Of a DNA stretch of 64,000 nucleotides, positions 10,064 to 20,076 are shown one piece after another. The stretch is taken from the NCBI GenBank assembly GCA_003569365.1, contig BGOS01000017.1, positions 838 through 64,837 of the forward strand, written 5' to 3'. Source of the stretch: Anaerolineaceae bacterium. Its GTDB lineage: Bacteria > Chloroflexota > Anaerolineae > Anaerolineales > UBA11657. The notes beneath the pieces were generated by a model. It ran no database searches and was not told the origin of the DNA. It saw nothing but the letters and a program-made list of their open reading frames with translations. The position numbers and the translations under genes are program-made. The number at the start of each line of letters is the position of its first letter. Position 1 is the first letter of the stretch.

Positions 10064-10981
10064 GTGCCAATGAAAACGCTTGAGATAGAGATGATTGGCG
10101 TGCCCTGTGATTTTGGCGCCGGGCGGCGGGGTGTGGACATGGGCCCCAGCGCGCTGCGCTATGCCGGGCTGGCTGCCGGCTTGCAAGCATTGGGGCACAG
10201 TGTGCTGGATGCCGGCGACCTGCAGCTGGCGCACGTGCCCGCCGGGCGCGCTGAGCCAGAGCCGCGCCTGCGCCACTTGGCCGAGGTGCTGGCGATGAGC
10301 CGCCAGGTTGCGGAGCGCACTGCCGCCAGCGTGGCGCGCAGCCGCGTGCCGCTGGTGCTGGGTGGCGACCATAGTGTTGCGCTGGGCGCTGTGTGCGGCG
10401 CGGCGCACAGCCGCACGCTGGGTGTGTTGTGGGTAGATGCGCACGGGGACTTCAACACCGTGGAGAGTTCACCGTCTGGCAACATTCATGGCATGCCGCT
10501 GGCCGCCCTGTGCGGCCTCGGTGATAAGCGCCTTAGCGCACTCGGTGCGCGTGTGCCAGCCGTGCAGCCGCAGCATGTGGCGCTGCTGGGCGTGCGCAGC
10601 CTGGATGCGGGCGAACACGCGCTGTTAAAATCCGCGGGCGTGGCCGTTTATGACATGGCACACATCGACCGCTTTGGCATGGCAGCCAGCGTGGAGGCAG
10701 CGCTGGCGCACATGCTTGGCAACTGTGACGGCCTGTATTTCTCGCTGGACGTTGACGCGCTCGATCCGTTGTACGCGCCGGGCGTTGGCACGCCGGTGCC
10801 CGGCGGCCTGAGCTATCGCGAAGCGCATTTGGCCTGCGAGCTGGTGGCGGCCAGCGGGCGCCTGCTGGCAATGGACGTGGTGGAGGTGAACCCCGTGCTG
10901 GATGAACACAACCGCACCGCCCAAGTGGCGGTGGATCTGGTGCTGTCCGCCCTCGGAAAACGCGTATGGGAGCCCGCATGA
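10064..10981 (+). CDS. rocF: Arginase
   Basis: Strong resemblance to Bacillus RocF throughout (RRGVDMGPSALRYAGL, LVLGGDHSVA, VDAHGDFNT, SPSGNIHGMPLA, SLDVDALDP, VEVNPVLD). The ATG at 10070 is an alternative start. Confidence 0.9.
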   Translation: MPMKTLEIEMIGVPCDFGAGRRGVDMGPSALRYAGLAAGLQALGHSVLDAGDLQLAHVPAGRAEPEPRLRHLAEVLAMSRQVAERTAASVARSRVPLVLGGDHSVALGAVCGAAHSRTLGVLWVDAHGDFNTVESSPSGNIHGMPLAALCGLGDKRLSALGARVPAVQPQHVALLGVRSLDAGEHALLKSAGVAVYDMAHIDRFGMAASVEAALAHMLGNCDGLYFSLDVDALDPLYAPGVGTPVPGGLSYREAHLACELVAASGRLLAMDVVEVNPVLDEHNRTAQVAVDLVLSALGKRVWEPA

Positions 10982-12093
10982 GCCTCAAACTTGACCGCAT
11001 TGAATTGCACCACATCCGGCTGCAGTACCTCGCGCCGTTTGAAACCAGCTTTGGGCGCGAAACACACAAAGAGTGCGTAATGGTAGCGGCGTATGCCGGT
11101 GGCCTCACTGGCTGGGGCGAGTGCGTGGCGGAAAGCGGCCCGTGGTATTCCTATGAAACCGTGGAGACCAACTGGCACATGCTGCGCGATATTCTTGCGC
11201 CGGCGCTGCTGAATGTGGAAATTGAATCGCCCGCGGCCGCAGCGCAATGTTTTTCGCGCGTGCGCGGCCATTCCATGGCGCGCGCCGGCATCGAAGCCGC
11301 CATTTGGGATTTGTTCGGCCAGATGGATTCCAAGCCGCTGGCGCAAATGCTGGGCGCCACGCGCACGCGCGTATCCGTCGGCGTCAGTGTTGGCATTGAG
11401 CCCACCCTGAAAGAGCAGCTGGCACGCGTCGAAAAATTTGTGGCGCAGGGCTACAAGCGCGTAAAGCTCAAGATCAAACCCGGCTGGGATGTGGAACCAG
11501 CAACCGCTGTGCGCAAGCGGTTCCCGGACTTGCTGCTGCAAGTGGATGCCAACTCTGCCTACACGCTTGCGGATGTGGCGCGCTTTCAGGCGCTTGATGA
11601 TTTGCAGCTGCTGCTCATCGAGCAGCCCCTGCATCACGAGGACATTGTGGACCATGCGCGCCTGCAGGCGCAGCTGCGCACGCCCATCTGCCTGGACGAG
11701 AGCATCCATTCTTATGAGCACGCGCGCTGGGCGCTGGATCTCAACGCCTGCAAAATCATCAACATGAAGGTTGGGCGCGTGGGCGGCTTTACTGCGGCGC
11801 TGCGCATCCACCAGCTGTGCCAGGAGCGCGGCATCCCGCTCTGGTGCGGCGGCATGCTGGAAACAAACATTGGGCGCGCCGGCAATGTGGCGCTGGCTGC
11901 GCTTGCCAACTTCACCCTGCCCGGCGACATCTCCGCGTCAGCCCGCTACTACCACGAAGATGTGGCCACACCCGATTTTGTTTTGAACAGCGACTCGACG
12001 CTGACCGTGCCAAACTCACCCGGGCTTGGCGCAACCGTACTGCCCGCGCGGCTGGCGGCAGCGCGCCTGCGCCACCTGGAAATAAAAACGTAA
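10978..12093 (+). CDS. Enolase-superfamily enzyme of the N-succinylamino-acid racemase / o-succinylbenzoate synthase subfamily
   Basis: KxK motif (VKLKIKPGWD), then QVDANSAY, LIEQPL, ICLDES, GGMLET and FTLPGDISAS. The ATG overlaps the arginase stop (ATGA). Confidence 0.8.
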   Translation: MSLKLDRIELHHIRLQYLAPFETSFGRETHKECVMVAAYAGGLTGWGECVAESGPWYSYETVETNWHMLRDILAPALLNVEIESPAAAAQCFSRVRGHSMARAGIEAAIWDLFGQMDSKPLAQMLGATRTRVSVGVSVGIEPTLKEQLARVEKFVAQGYKRVKLKIKPGWDVEPATAVRKRFPDLLLQVDANSAYTLADVARFQALDDLQLLLIEQPLHHEDIVDHARLQAQLRTPICLDESIHSYEHARWALDLNACKIINMKVGRVGGFTAALRIHQLCQERGIPLWCGGMLETNIGRAGNVALAALANFTLPGDISASARYYHEDVATPDFVLNSDSTLTVPNSPGLGATVLPARLAAARLRHLEIKT

Positions 12094-12120
12094 CGGTGTG
12101 CCGGTTAGGAGCATCAATTT

Positions 12121-14559
12121 ATGAAACGCATTGACGCAGCGCCGAACATTCGCTCAGCTGCAGTTGTTGGCTCCGGCACCATGGGCGGCGGCATTGCTGC
12201 GCTGCTGGCGGGCGTGGGCATTCCCACGCTGCTGCTGGACATCGCCCCCGCCGAACTCACGGCAGCCGAGTCTGCACAGGGGCTGCCGCTCTCAGCACCG
12301 GCTGTGCGCAACCGGCTCGTCAACAACGGGCTCGCCGCCATCAAGGCCGCGCGGCCCGCAGCCCTTTTTACACCCGCCGCAGCTGCGCTGCTCACAGTTG
12401 GCAACCTGCAAGATGATTTTGCGCGCCTCGCGCAAGTGGATTGGGTGATTGAGGTGATCGTTGAAAACTTGGAAGCAAAGCGCAATTTTTATGAACGCCT
12501 GGAGCAGGTGCGCCCCGCGGGCCAGCTTGTAACCAGCAACACTTCCGGCCTGCCCATTCAGCAGTTGGCGCGCGGCCGCTCCATGGACTTCCGCCGCAAC
12601 TTTTGCGGCACGCATTTCTTTAACCCGCCGCGCTACCTGAAGCTGCTGGAGGTAATCCCGACTGCGGACACGCGCCCGGCGCTGGTGCAGTTTCTGCAAA
12701 CGTTTGGCGCACAGCGTTTGGGCAAGGGCGTGGTGTTGTGCAAAGACACGCCCAACTTTATCGGCAACCGCATTGGCGGCGCTGCCAATGGCTTTCGCAT
12801 GAGTTACGCGCTGGACAACGGCTACAGCGTGGAGGAAGCGGATGCAATCAGCGGCCCGCTGATGGGCTATCCACGCACGGCAGTTTTCCGGCTGATGGAT
12901 TTAGTAGGCATTGATGTGGCTGTGATGGTGAGCAACAACATTGCGCGCGCGCTGCCGGGCGATGCAGCCGGCGGGCGGGCTGACGGCCATGCCGGCATAC
13001 TGCTGCAAGAGATGCTGCAGCGCAAATGGCTCGGCAACAAAACGCGCATCGGCTTCTACAAAGAGGTGGCTGCGCCCGGTGGCGGCAAAGAGTTTTGGGC
13101 ACTGGACCCCGCCAGCATGACGCACGCAGCACCCGCAAAAGTGCGCTTCGAATCGATCGGCGCTGTGCGCAAGATTGCCGACCTTGGCGAACGCCTGCGG
13201 GCCTGGGTAAAACACACGGACCGCGCCGCGCAATACGTCTGGCACACGCTGGCGTTTGCGTGCAGCTACAGTGCTGCGCGCATTCCGGAAATCAGCGACG
13301 ACATTGCTTCGATTGACGCCGCCATGCGCTGGGGCTACATGCAGCAGGCCGGCCCGTTTGAATATTGGGACATGCTGGGCGTGGCCACAACCGTGCGGCG
13401 CATGCAACGCGATGGCTACGCGGTAGCTCCGTGGGTCAAGAAGATGCTGGCAGCCGGCCACAAAACTTTTTACCGCCAGGGTGTGCATGGGCGCGAGCAG
13501 TACCACCCCGCCAAGCGCAAGTATGTGCCGGTGGCGGGCGAGGCCGCACAAATTAGCGTGGCCACGCTGCGCGCTGCCAAGCGCAGCCTGCAAAGCAACC
13601 TTGAAGCCGGCCTGTTTGACATGGGTGACGGTGTGCTGCTGCTTGAGTTTCACGGCAAAGCCAACACGCTGGGCAGTGGCGTGCTGCAGCTGGCGGAAGC
13701 CGCACTGCAGCGCCTGGAGCATGGCAGCCAGTACACGGGCCTTGTCATCGGCAATCAGGGCGAGCTTTTTAGTGCCGGCGCCAACATTGACCCGCAAAGC
13801 CTGCTCTCCGGCAGCGAGCCGCCGGCTGTGATGGTGGAACGCCTCACGCGCGCGTTTCAAGATTTGATGCAGCGCCTGCGTTATTGCCCAAAGCCCGTCG
13901 TCGCTGCGCCCTTTGATCGCACACTCGGCGGCGGCACAGAAGTTTGCCTCGCTGCGACGCGCGTGGTGGCACACATGGAGCTGTACATGGGGCTGGTGGA
14001 GACCGGCGTGGGTTTGGTGCCCGCTGGCGGCGGCTGCAAGGAAATGCTGCGGCGCGTGCTCAATCCCCTGATGCGCCTGCCAAATGCCGACGCGCTGCCC
14101 GCGCTTGAGCAGCTGCTGCAGGTTATCGGCGGTGCGCGCGTAAGCAGCAGCGCGCGCGAGGCGCAAGACCTGGGCTTCCTGCAGCCCGGCGACCGCATTG
14201 TGATGGACCGCGCCGCACTTCTGGCCGAAGCCAAGCGTGAGGTGCTGCACCTTGCGCACTGCGGTTACAGCGCACCGGTGCCGGAATTAATTTATGCGGC
14301 AGGGCGTGACGCGCTGGCCGCGTTGCAAATGGGCCTGTACCAAATGGAACAGGGCGGCTTCATCTCTGCGCATGACGCGCTGGTGGGGGCGCAGCTGGCG
14401 CGCGTACTGTGCGGCGGCGAACTGGCAATGCCCGGCTGGGTGCCGGAACAGCACATCCTTGATCTCGAGCGCGCAGCGTTCGTGGAATTAATGCAGACCG
14501 CCAAAACATTGGAGCGCATTATGCATACGCTTGGCACTGGCAAGCCGCTGCGCAACTGA
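12121..14559 (+). CDS. Fused 3-hydroxyacyl-CoA dehydrogenase / enoyl-CoA hydratase family protein (FadN-like)
   Basis: 812 aa with an N-terminal NAD fold (VVGSGTMGGGIA), the HAD signature region (HFFNPPRYLKLLEV) and a C-terminal crotonase-like domain. Confidence 0.85.
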   Translation: MKRIDAAPNIRSAAVVGSGTMGGGIAALLAGVGIPTLLLDIAPAELTAAESAQGLPLSAPAVRNRLVNNGLAAIKAARPAALFTPAAAALLTVGNLQDDFARLAQVDWVIEVIVENLEAKRNFYERLEQVRPAGQLVTSNTSGLPIQQLARGRSMDFRRNFCGTHFFNPPRYLKLLEVIPTADTRPALVQFLQTFGAQRLGKGVVLCKDTPNFIGNRIGGAANGFRMSYALDNGYSVEEADAISGPLMGYPRTAVFRLMDLVGIDVAVMVSNNIARALPGDAAGGRADGHAGILLQEMLQRKWLGNKTRIGFYKEVAAPGGGKEFWALDPASMTHAAPAKVRFESIGAVRKIADLGERLRAWVKHTDRAAQYVWHTLAFACSYSAARIPEISDDIASIDAAMRWGYMQQAGPFEYWDMLGVATTVRRMQRDGYAVAPWVKKMLAAGHKTFYRQGVHGREQYHPAKRKYVPVAGEAAQISVATLRAAKRSLQSNLEAGLFDMGDGVLLLEFHGKANTLGSGVLQLAEAALQRLEHGSQYTGLVIGNQGELFSAGANIDPQSLLSGSEPPAVMVERLTRAFQDLMQRLRYCPKPVVAAPFDRTLGGGTEVCLAATRVVAHMELYMGLVETGVGLVPAGGGCKEMLRRVLNPLMRLPNADALPALEQLLQVIGGARVSSSAREAQDLGFLQPGDRIVMDRAALLAEAKREVLHLAHCGYSAPVPELIYAAGRDALAALQMGLYQMEQGGFISAHDALVGAQLARVLCGGELAMPGWVPEQHILDLERAAFVELMQTAKTLERIMHTLGTGKPLRN

Positions 14560-14577
14560 GTAACGGGAGAATTTGCA

Positions 14578-15726
14578 ATGCGAGAAGCTGTAATTGTGTC
14601 CGCTGTGCGCACCGCCGTCGGGCGTGCAGTTAAAGGCAGTACGCGCGGCCTGCGCCCCGAAGCCATGGGTGTTGCCGTCATTCAGGAGGTGCTGCGCCGC
14701 GCGGGCGGCAGCCTCCGGCCAGAGCAAGTGGACGATGTGATCATGGGCTGCGCCATGCCGGAAGGCGCGCAAGGCCTGAACATGGCACGCCTGCTGGCGC
14801 TGGCAGCCGGACTGCCGGACTCAGTGCCGGCCGTCACCGTCAACCGCTTCTGCTCCTCTGGTTTGCAAAGCATTGCGCAGGCCAGCGAGCGCATCATTGC
14901 CGGCGGCGCGGATGTGATCATTGCCGGCGGTGTGGAGAGCATGAGCGCTGTGCCAATGCGCGGCTTCCACATTGCGCCTGACCCCGCCCTCATGGCGCGC
15001 CTGCCGGAGGCGTACATGAACATGGGCCTGACGGCTGAGCGCGTGGCCGCGCAATATGGAGTCAGCCGCAGCGCGCAGGATGAGTTTGCTCTGGGCAGCC
15101 AGCAGCGCGCGGCAGCAGCCCAGGATGCCGGCAAGTTCCATGATGAAATAATTGCAGTTGAACTCGAGCAGGCCGGGCGGCTGGAAGCTGATGAGCATCC
15201 GCGCCGCGACACCACACTGGCCGGATTGGCGGCGCTGCGGCCCGCCTTCAAGCAGGGCGGCACTGTCACTGCCGGTAATTCATCGCCGCTTTCTGATGGC
15301 GCTGCCGCGGTGCTGGTAATGGAGCGCAGCGTGGCAGAGGCGCACGGCATGCGCCCGCTGCTGCGCTTTGTTACGTTCGCCGTTGCGGGCGTACCGCCGG
15401 AGCTGATGGGCATTGGGCCGGTGAAGGCCGTGCCCAAAGCGCTCGTGCGCGCTGGCCTCACACTTGCAGACATGGATCTGATCGAGCTGAACGAAGCTTT
15501 TGCGGCGCAAGCCATCGCAGTAACACAAGCGCTGCGCCTGCCCGCAGACAAGCTCAATGTAAATGGCGGTGCAATTGCACTGGGGCATCCGCTGGGCTGC
15601 ACCGGCGCAAAACTAACCGTACAGCTGTTGCACGAGCTGCAGCGCCGCCAGGCGCGCTATGGCTTGGTGACGATGTGCATCGGCGGCGGCCAAGGCGCTG
15701 CCGGCATCTTTGAGTGCTTGAACTAG
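14578..15726 (+). CDS. Acetyl-CoA C-acyltransferase (thiolase)
   Basis: 382 aa with the active-site Cys motif NRFCSSGLQ and the C-terminal [18 protein letters not shown]. It lies directly downstream of the FadN-like gene. Confidence 0.92.
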   Translation: MREAVIVSAVRTAVGRAVKGSTRGLRPEAMGVAVIQEVLRRAGGSLRPEQVDDVIMGCAMPEGAQGLNMARLLALAAGLPDSVPAVTVNRFCSSGLQSIAQASERIIAGGADVIIAGGVESMSAVPMRGFHIAPDPALMARLPEAYMNMGLTAERVAAQYGVSRSAQDEFALGSQQRAAAAQDAGKFHDEIIAVELEQAGRLEADEHPRRDTTLAGLAALRPAFKQGGTVTAGNSSPLSDGAAAVLVMERSVAEAHGMRPLLRFVTFAVAGVPPELMGIGPVKAVPKALVRAGLTLADMDLIELNEAFAAQAIAVTQALRLPADKLNVNGGAIALGHPLGCTGAKLTVQLLHELQRRQARYGLVTMCIGGGQGAAGIFECLN

Positions 15727-15882
15727 ACAACCGCCACCTCTACCCAATTGAATAATCTTGTTTCCAGCTCATACTATTAACGATGGACAATTTCAACAAC
15801 AGCAAATCCACTCGCACTTTTTATTCGGCAAATCCGCAAAAGTATATTTTTCAATCCTACGCTCAAAGAAGTTGAGACTCTC

Positions 15883-16818
15883 ATGACTAAAAGAATTGAA
15901 CCCGCCACTAGAGATGGGAGAAACCTGCGTTTTCTCAAGATTTGCCGCGAACTCTTAGAACTGCCGATCGTAAGTGTTGATGTTGGTGCTGATGGAGGAG
16001 TCCGAGAATGGGGGGAGTTGGCCACTCTTTGCGCTATCCACGCCTTTGAACCAAGACAGAATTCTTTTGAGGAGCTGCAAAGATCCTTAACAGAGATCAG
16101 TCAGCCGTATCTGACAATTCATAATACTGGACTCGCCCGCACAACAGGAAAGCACCGCCTTTACGTCACCCGCATTCCTCAGGCTAGTTCGCTTCGCAAA
16201 CCAAAACCCGCATCTTTTCTATTAAAACGCTGGCGTCAAGACAACGGATTTGATGTAACACAAGAACTTGAAATTGACTGCATCTCTCTAGCGCAATTCG
16301 TTCAGGAAGAAAAAATTTCGCATATAGATTTTCTTAAGCTTGACACACAGGGCAGCGAACTGGATATTCTGCTGGGGGGCGGAGACTTTCTGCACGAAAT
16401 TTCGGTAATCAAGTGTGAAGTGGAGTTTGTTCAGCTCTACGAAGGGCAGCCTCTATTTGATGAGGTTGTGGGAACGCTAGCAACTTACGGCTTCAGACTA
16501 TTTGCGTTTGAGGAAGGTGCTGAGGTTTACAGAAAAAGAATTTGGTCCGACTGTATGTTTATTCAGTCGAAGTTTACTGATCAAGCGCGCTTGATGAGAG
16601 CCGCGGCAATTCTCATTCACATCGGTTACTACGAAGAAGCGCTTTGGCTTCTTATAGATCACGGTGTCCCTGTGGAAATACATCAGCGGCTTGCGACAGC
16701 ACGGATGGAAGACATAACGCCGACTAGAACAAAGTTATGGCAAGGCTTTCGAGGCGGCGCGCGTAAGCTATTGAATACCCTCGGCGTCCTTCAAATTGCC
16801 AAAAAGATCTTTAAATAG
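15883..16818 (+). CDS. FkbM-family methyltransferase
   Basis: 311 aa with an FkbM-like core (...IHAFEPRQNSF..., IDFLKLDTQGSELDIL, VEFVQLYEGQPLF). The gene is markedly AT-richer than its flanks. Confidence 0.7.
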   Translation: MTKRIEPATRDGRNLRFLKICRELLELPIVSVDVGADGGVREWGELATLCAIHAFEPRQNSFEELQRSLTEISQPYLTIHNTGLARTTGKHRLYVTRIPQASSLRKPKPASFLLKRWRQDNGFDVTQELEIDCISLAQFVQEEKISHIDFLKLDTQGSELDILLGGGDFLHEISVIKCEVEFVQLYEGQPLFDEVVGTLATYGFRLFAFEEGAEVYRKRIWSDCMFIQSKFTDQARLMRAAAILIHIGYYEEALWLLIDHGVPVEIHQRLATARMEDITPTRTKLWQGFRGGARKLLNTLGVLQIAKKIFK

Positions 16819-16855
16819 CACTGGTTGACTTCAATAGCCCACCCAGCAAGCTACA

Positions 16856-17248
16856 GTGATGTCAATTAACAAGCCCCGACTAATCCCCCGCATGGCCAGC
16901 CATCCAGATAGCTTTGAGCTTTACGACCTGCGGGTGCAGGTGCTGGCCACTAGCCGGCCAATGGTATGCAGTCATCACGCCGGCGATTTCTTTGAACTGC
17001 ACGGCGAAAACCTTATTTTGCCGCCTGGCCAGTCCTTTTCAATTTATGCACTCGCTGCTTTGCTGCCGCTGCTGCCCGCCAAGCAGCGCGTAACACACCC
17101 CAACGACTGGATGACCACCGATGCCGAAGTAGCCTGCCCCGACCCCAACTGCGGCGCGCGCTTCCGCATTACGCGCACGGGCTTGCGCACATTTCGGCAC
17201 AGTGAAGTGACCACTGTGCCATTGCCCGATCCAAACGCGCCTGTATGA
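16856..17248 (+). CDS. TIGR04076-family small protein
   Basis: 130 aa. CSHHAGDFFEL...LPPGQSFSIYALAALLPLLP...CPDPNCGARFRI matches my recollection of the TIGR04076 pattern. The stop overlaps the next start (ATGA). Confidence 0.55.
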   Translation: MMSINKPRLIPRMASHPDSFELYDLRVQVLATSRPMVCSHHAGDFFELHGENLILPPGQSFSIYALAALLPLLPAKQRVTHPNDWMTTDAEVACPDPNCGARFRITRTGLRTFRHSEVTTVPLPDPNAPV

Positions 17249-18276
17249 GTGTAGAGCGCGCCGCGCTGGCCGGCGGCTATTCAATCTCCCGTTTGCTGAT
17301 GGGTGGCTGGCAGCTGGCGGGCGGCCACGGCAGCGTTAGCCCCGCAGCCGCACACGCCCAGATGCAGGCTTATGCGGATGCCGGCATCACCACCTTTGAC
17401 TGCGCGGACATCTACACGGGCGTCGAGGAGTTGATCGGGAGCTTCAAACGCCTGCGCGCTGTACCCGCGATCCAAGTGCACACAAAGTGCGTGCCTGACC
17501 GCCAAGCGCTGGCCACACTGCGCCGCACAGATGTTGAGCGCATGATAGACCGCTCACTTGAGCGCCTCGGCGTTGAGCAGCTTGACCTTGTGCAGTTTCA
17601 TTGGTGGGACTACGCGACGCCCGGCTGCGCTGCTGCCGCGCATTGGCTGGATGAGCTGCGCCGCGCCGGCAAGATCCGCCACGTGGGCGTCACCAACTTT
17701 GACACCCCGCAGCTGGCAGCACTGCTGGCGGCCGGTGTTCCCGTAGCCACACATCAGTTGCAATACTCAGTATTGGACCAGCGCCCCGTAAACGGAATGG
17801 CAGCGCTGTGCGCCGCCCACGGCGTGCAGCTGCTTTGCTACGGTGCGCTCGCCGGCGGCTTTCTCTCGGAAAAGTATTTGGGGCAGCCGGCGCCGGCTGA
17901 GCCGCTTGAAAACCGTTCACTGGTTAAGTACCGCCTGATCATTGAAGAGTTTGGCGGCTGGGGCATTTTTCAGAACATGCTGCAGGTACTGCAGCTGATT
18001 GCCGCCAAACACCACGCCACAATTGGCGCGGTGGCCATTCGCTATGTACTGGATCAGCCGCAGGTGGCCGGTGTGATAACTGGTGCGCGCAACGCGCAGC
18101 ACGTGCCCGCCACGCTGGCGGCCATGCGCATCAATCTGGACGCAGCGGACCGCACGGCAATTGCCGCCGTGCAGGCAGCAGCCAGCGGGCCCGGCGGCGA
18201 CACCTACACGCTGGAGCGCAACCACAGCGGGCCGCACGCAGCCATAATGCGCTACAACATCAACGCTGCAAACTGA
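17245..18276 (+). CDS. Aldo/keto reductase
   Basis: 343 aa with an AKR N-terminal pattern (GITTFDCADIYTGVEELIG) and (HVGVTNF). Confidence 0.85.
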   Translation: MSVERAALAGGYSISRLLMGGWQLAGGHGSVSPAAAHAQMQAYADAGITTFDCADIYTGVEELIGSFKRLRAVPAIQVHTKCVPDRQALATLRRTDVERMIDRSLERLGVEQLDLVQFHWWDYATPGCAAAAHWLDELRRAGKIRHVGVTNFDTPQLAALLAAGVPVATHQLQYSVLDQRPVNGMAALCAAHGVQLLCYGALAGGFLSEKYLGQPAPAEPLENRSLVKYRLIIEEFGGWGIFQNMLQVLQLIAAKHHATIGAVAIRYVLDQPQVAGVITGARNAQHVPATLAAMRINLDAADRTAIAAVQAAASGPGGDTYTLERNHSGPHAAIMRYNINAAN

Positions 18277-18312
18277 TACCTTTTAACTTTTATCTAGCTG
18301 CTTTATCTACAC

Positions 18313-19944
18313 ATGCTCAGCCACGACAGCACACCGGACCTCGTTATTTACAACGGCGCAATTCACACGCTGCATGCGGCGCTGCCGCACTGCACAGCGC
18401 TGGCCAGCAAGCACGGCCGCATCGTTGCAATTGGCGAAGACCACAGCGTGCGGGCGCTGGCTGGCGCCAACACGCGCCAGATTGATCTGTCGGGGCGCAC
18501 GGTGGTGCCTGGCTTCAATGACGCGCACAACCACATGCTTGAAGTTGGCATTAAGTTCACGCGCCTGCAAGTGGAAAACTGCGCGTCGATTGCGGCGCTG
18601 GTGGCACTGGTGCGCGCACAAGCGGCCATCACTGCACCCGGCGAGTGGATCATTGGCGAGGGCTGGAACGAATCATTGTTTGCCGAAGCGCGCCTGCCCA
18701 CGCGCCAGGATCTTGACGCCGCCACAGACCGGCATCCCGTACTGCTGAAACGTTTCTTCAACATGGATGTGGTGAACAGCCATGCGCTGCAACTGGCCGG
18801 TGTCACCGCCAACACTCCGGATCCAGCCGGCGGGCGTATTGAGCGCGCTGCGGATGGCGAGCCCACCGGCATCCTGCGCGCCAGCGCCAAGCTACTATGC
18901 CGCAGCCTGCTGCGCGATCCATTGCCGGAAGAATGTGTGTCTGCGCTGGACACAGCCGGGCAGGCGTATCTGGCCGCAGGCATCACCAGCGTGCTTGACC
19001 CCGGCCTGCGCCCATGGGAAATGCAAGCCTATCTGCTTGCAAGGCGCAGTGGCCGGCTGCGTGTCCGCGCAAACCTGATGCCGTCCTGGCACGGTTTTCG
19101 CGAAGACGAAACTGAAGCACAGCTGGATGCGCGCGCTGCAGAGCTGGGTATTTTTGGCGAACTGGGCGACGACTGGCTGCGCCTCGGCGGATTGAAAATG
19201 GCAGTGGATGGCGGCACCACCAGCCGCACCGCATGGATGTTTCAGCCTTTTGTGGGCGAGGACCACGTCGCGGACTACAACCGCATCGACCCGCTCGACC
19301 TGCAGCGCTTTATTGCGCGCGGCCACAGCCTGCACTGGGACATTGGCATTCACGCCATTGGCGACCGCGCCCATCATGAGTGTGCGCTGGCGTTCGCGCA
19401 CGTGCTCGAGCACAGCGAACATCACGATCATCGCCACAATCTGATTCACGCCTACTTCGCCAGCGAAGAGAGCCTGCAGATAATGGCGCGCCACCAGATT
19501 GCCGCCGTCATCCAACCCACTTTTATTTACTATGAAGGCGACGATTTGTTCCGCGATGTGGGCGCCGAGCTTGCGCACCGCTACAAGCCCATGCGCACCT
19601 ACCTGCAGCGCGGCATCCCGGTGGTTGCCACCAGCGACATCCCCAGCACGGTGCACTACAACCCCTTCGTTGGTTTATACAGCCTTGTCACCCGCAAAAC
19701 TTTTAAGGGCACGCAGATTGCACCAGATGAAGCCGTGTCGCGGGCGCAGGCGCTGCATGCCTACACACTGGCCGGCGCGTGGCTCACGCGCGAAGAGCAT
19801 CACAAAGGACCGCTTGCACCTGGCTGCCTCGCAGACCTTTGCGTGCTGGACCGCGATTATTTTACGTGCGCTACAGAAGAGATAAAAGACATCCGCGTGG
19901 ACTTGACGGTGTTACATGGAGCTGTGGCCTACGAGCGCAGTTGA
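18313..19944 (+). CDS. Amidohydrolase-family protein (Amidohydro_3 / YtcJ-like)
   Basis: 543 aa with a metal-binding start (VVPGFNDAHNHM) and the typical length and layout for the family. Confidence 0.8.
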   Translation: MLSHDSTPDLVIYNGAIHTLHAALPHCTALASKHGRIVAIGEDHSVRALAGANTRQIDLSGRTVVPGFNDAHNHMLEVGIKFTRLQVENCASIAALVALVRAQAAITAPGEWIIGEGWNESLFAEARLPTRQDLDAATDRHPVLLKRFFNMDVVNSHALQLAGVTANTPDPAGGRIERAADGEPTGILRASAKLLCRSLLRDPLPEECVSALDTAGQAYLAAGITSVLDPGLRPWEMQAYLLARRSGRLRVRANLMPSWHGFREDETEAQLDARAAELGIFGELGDDWLRLGGLKMAVDGGTTSRTAWMFQPFVGEDHVADYNRIDPLDLQRFIARGHSLHWDIGIHAIGDRAHHECALAFAHVLEHSEHHDHRHNLIHAYFASEESLQIMARHQIAAVIQPTFIYYEGDDLFRDVGAELAHRYKPMRTYLQRGIPVVATSDIPSTVHYNPFVGLYSLVTRKTFKGTQIAPDEAVSRAQALHAYTLAGAWLTREEHHKGPLAPGCLADLCVLDRDYFTCATEEIKDIRVDLTVLHGAVAYERS

Positions 19945-20076
19945 TACGCTGCCTGCAAGCTGACGCCTGAAGGCATGCAGGCGGCTGCCCGAGTGGCGGC
20001 TGAATTAATTTATTGTGATGCAGGGAACCCGCAATCAGCATAGCTGCCACTTCCCCCTCGGCTTGCTCAGCAGTCC

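Noticed and set aside
12901-14259. Long antisense or out-of-frame ORFs inside well-supported genes, such as 12901-14259(-), 10813-11811(-), 33034-34596(+), 40092-41447(+), 51966-52793(-), 57556-58596(+), 58774-59856(+) and 62259-63089(-).
   Set aside because: They are typical open frames of high-GC DNA. Their translations are Arg/Ala/Gly/His-rich with no motifs, and each overlaps a gene with clear family signatures on the other strand or frame.
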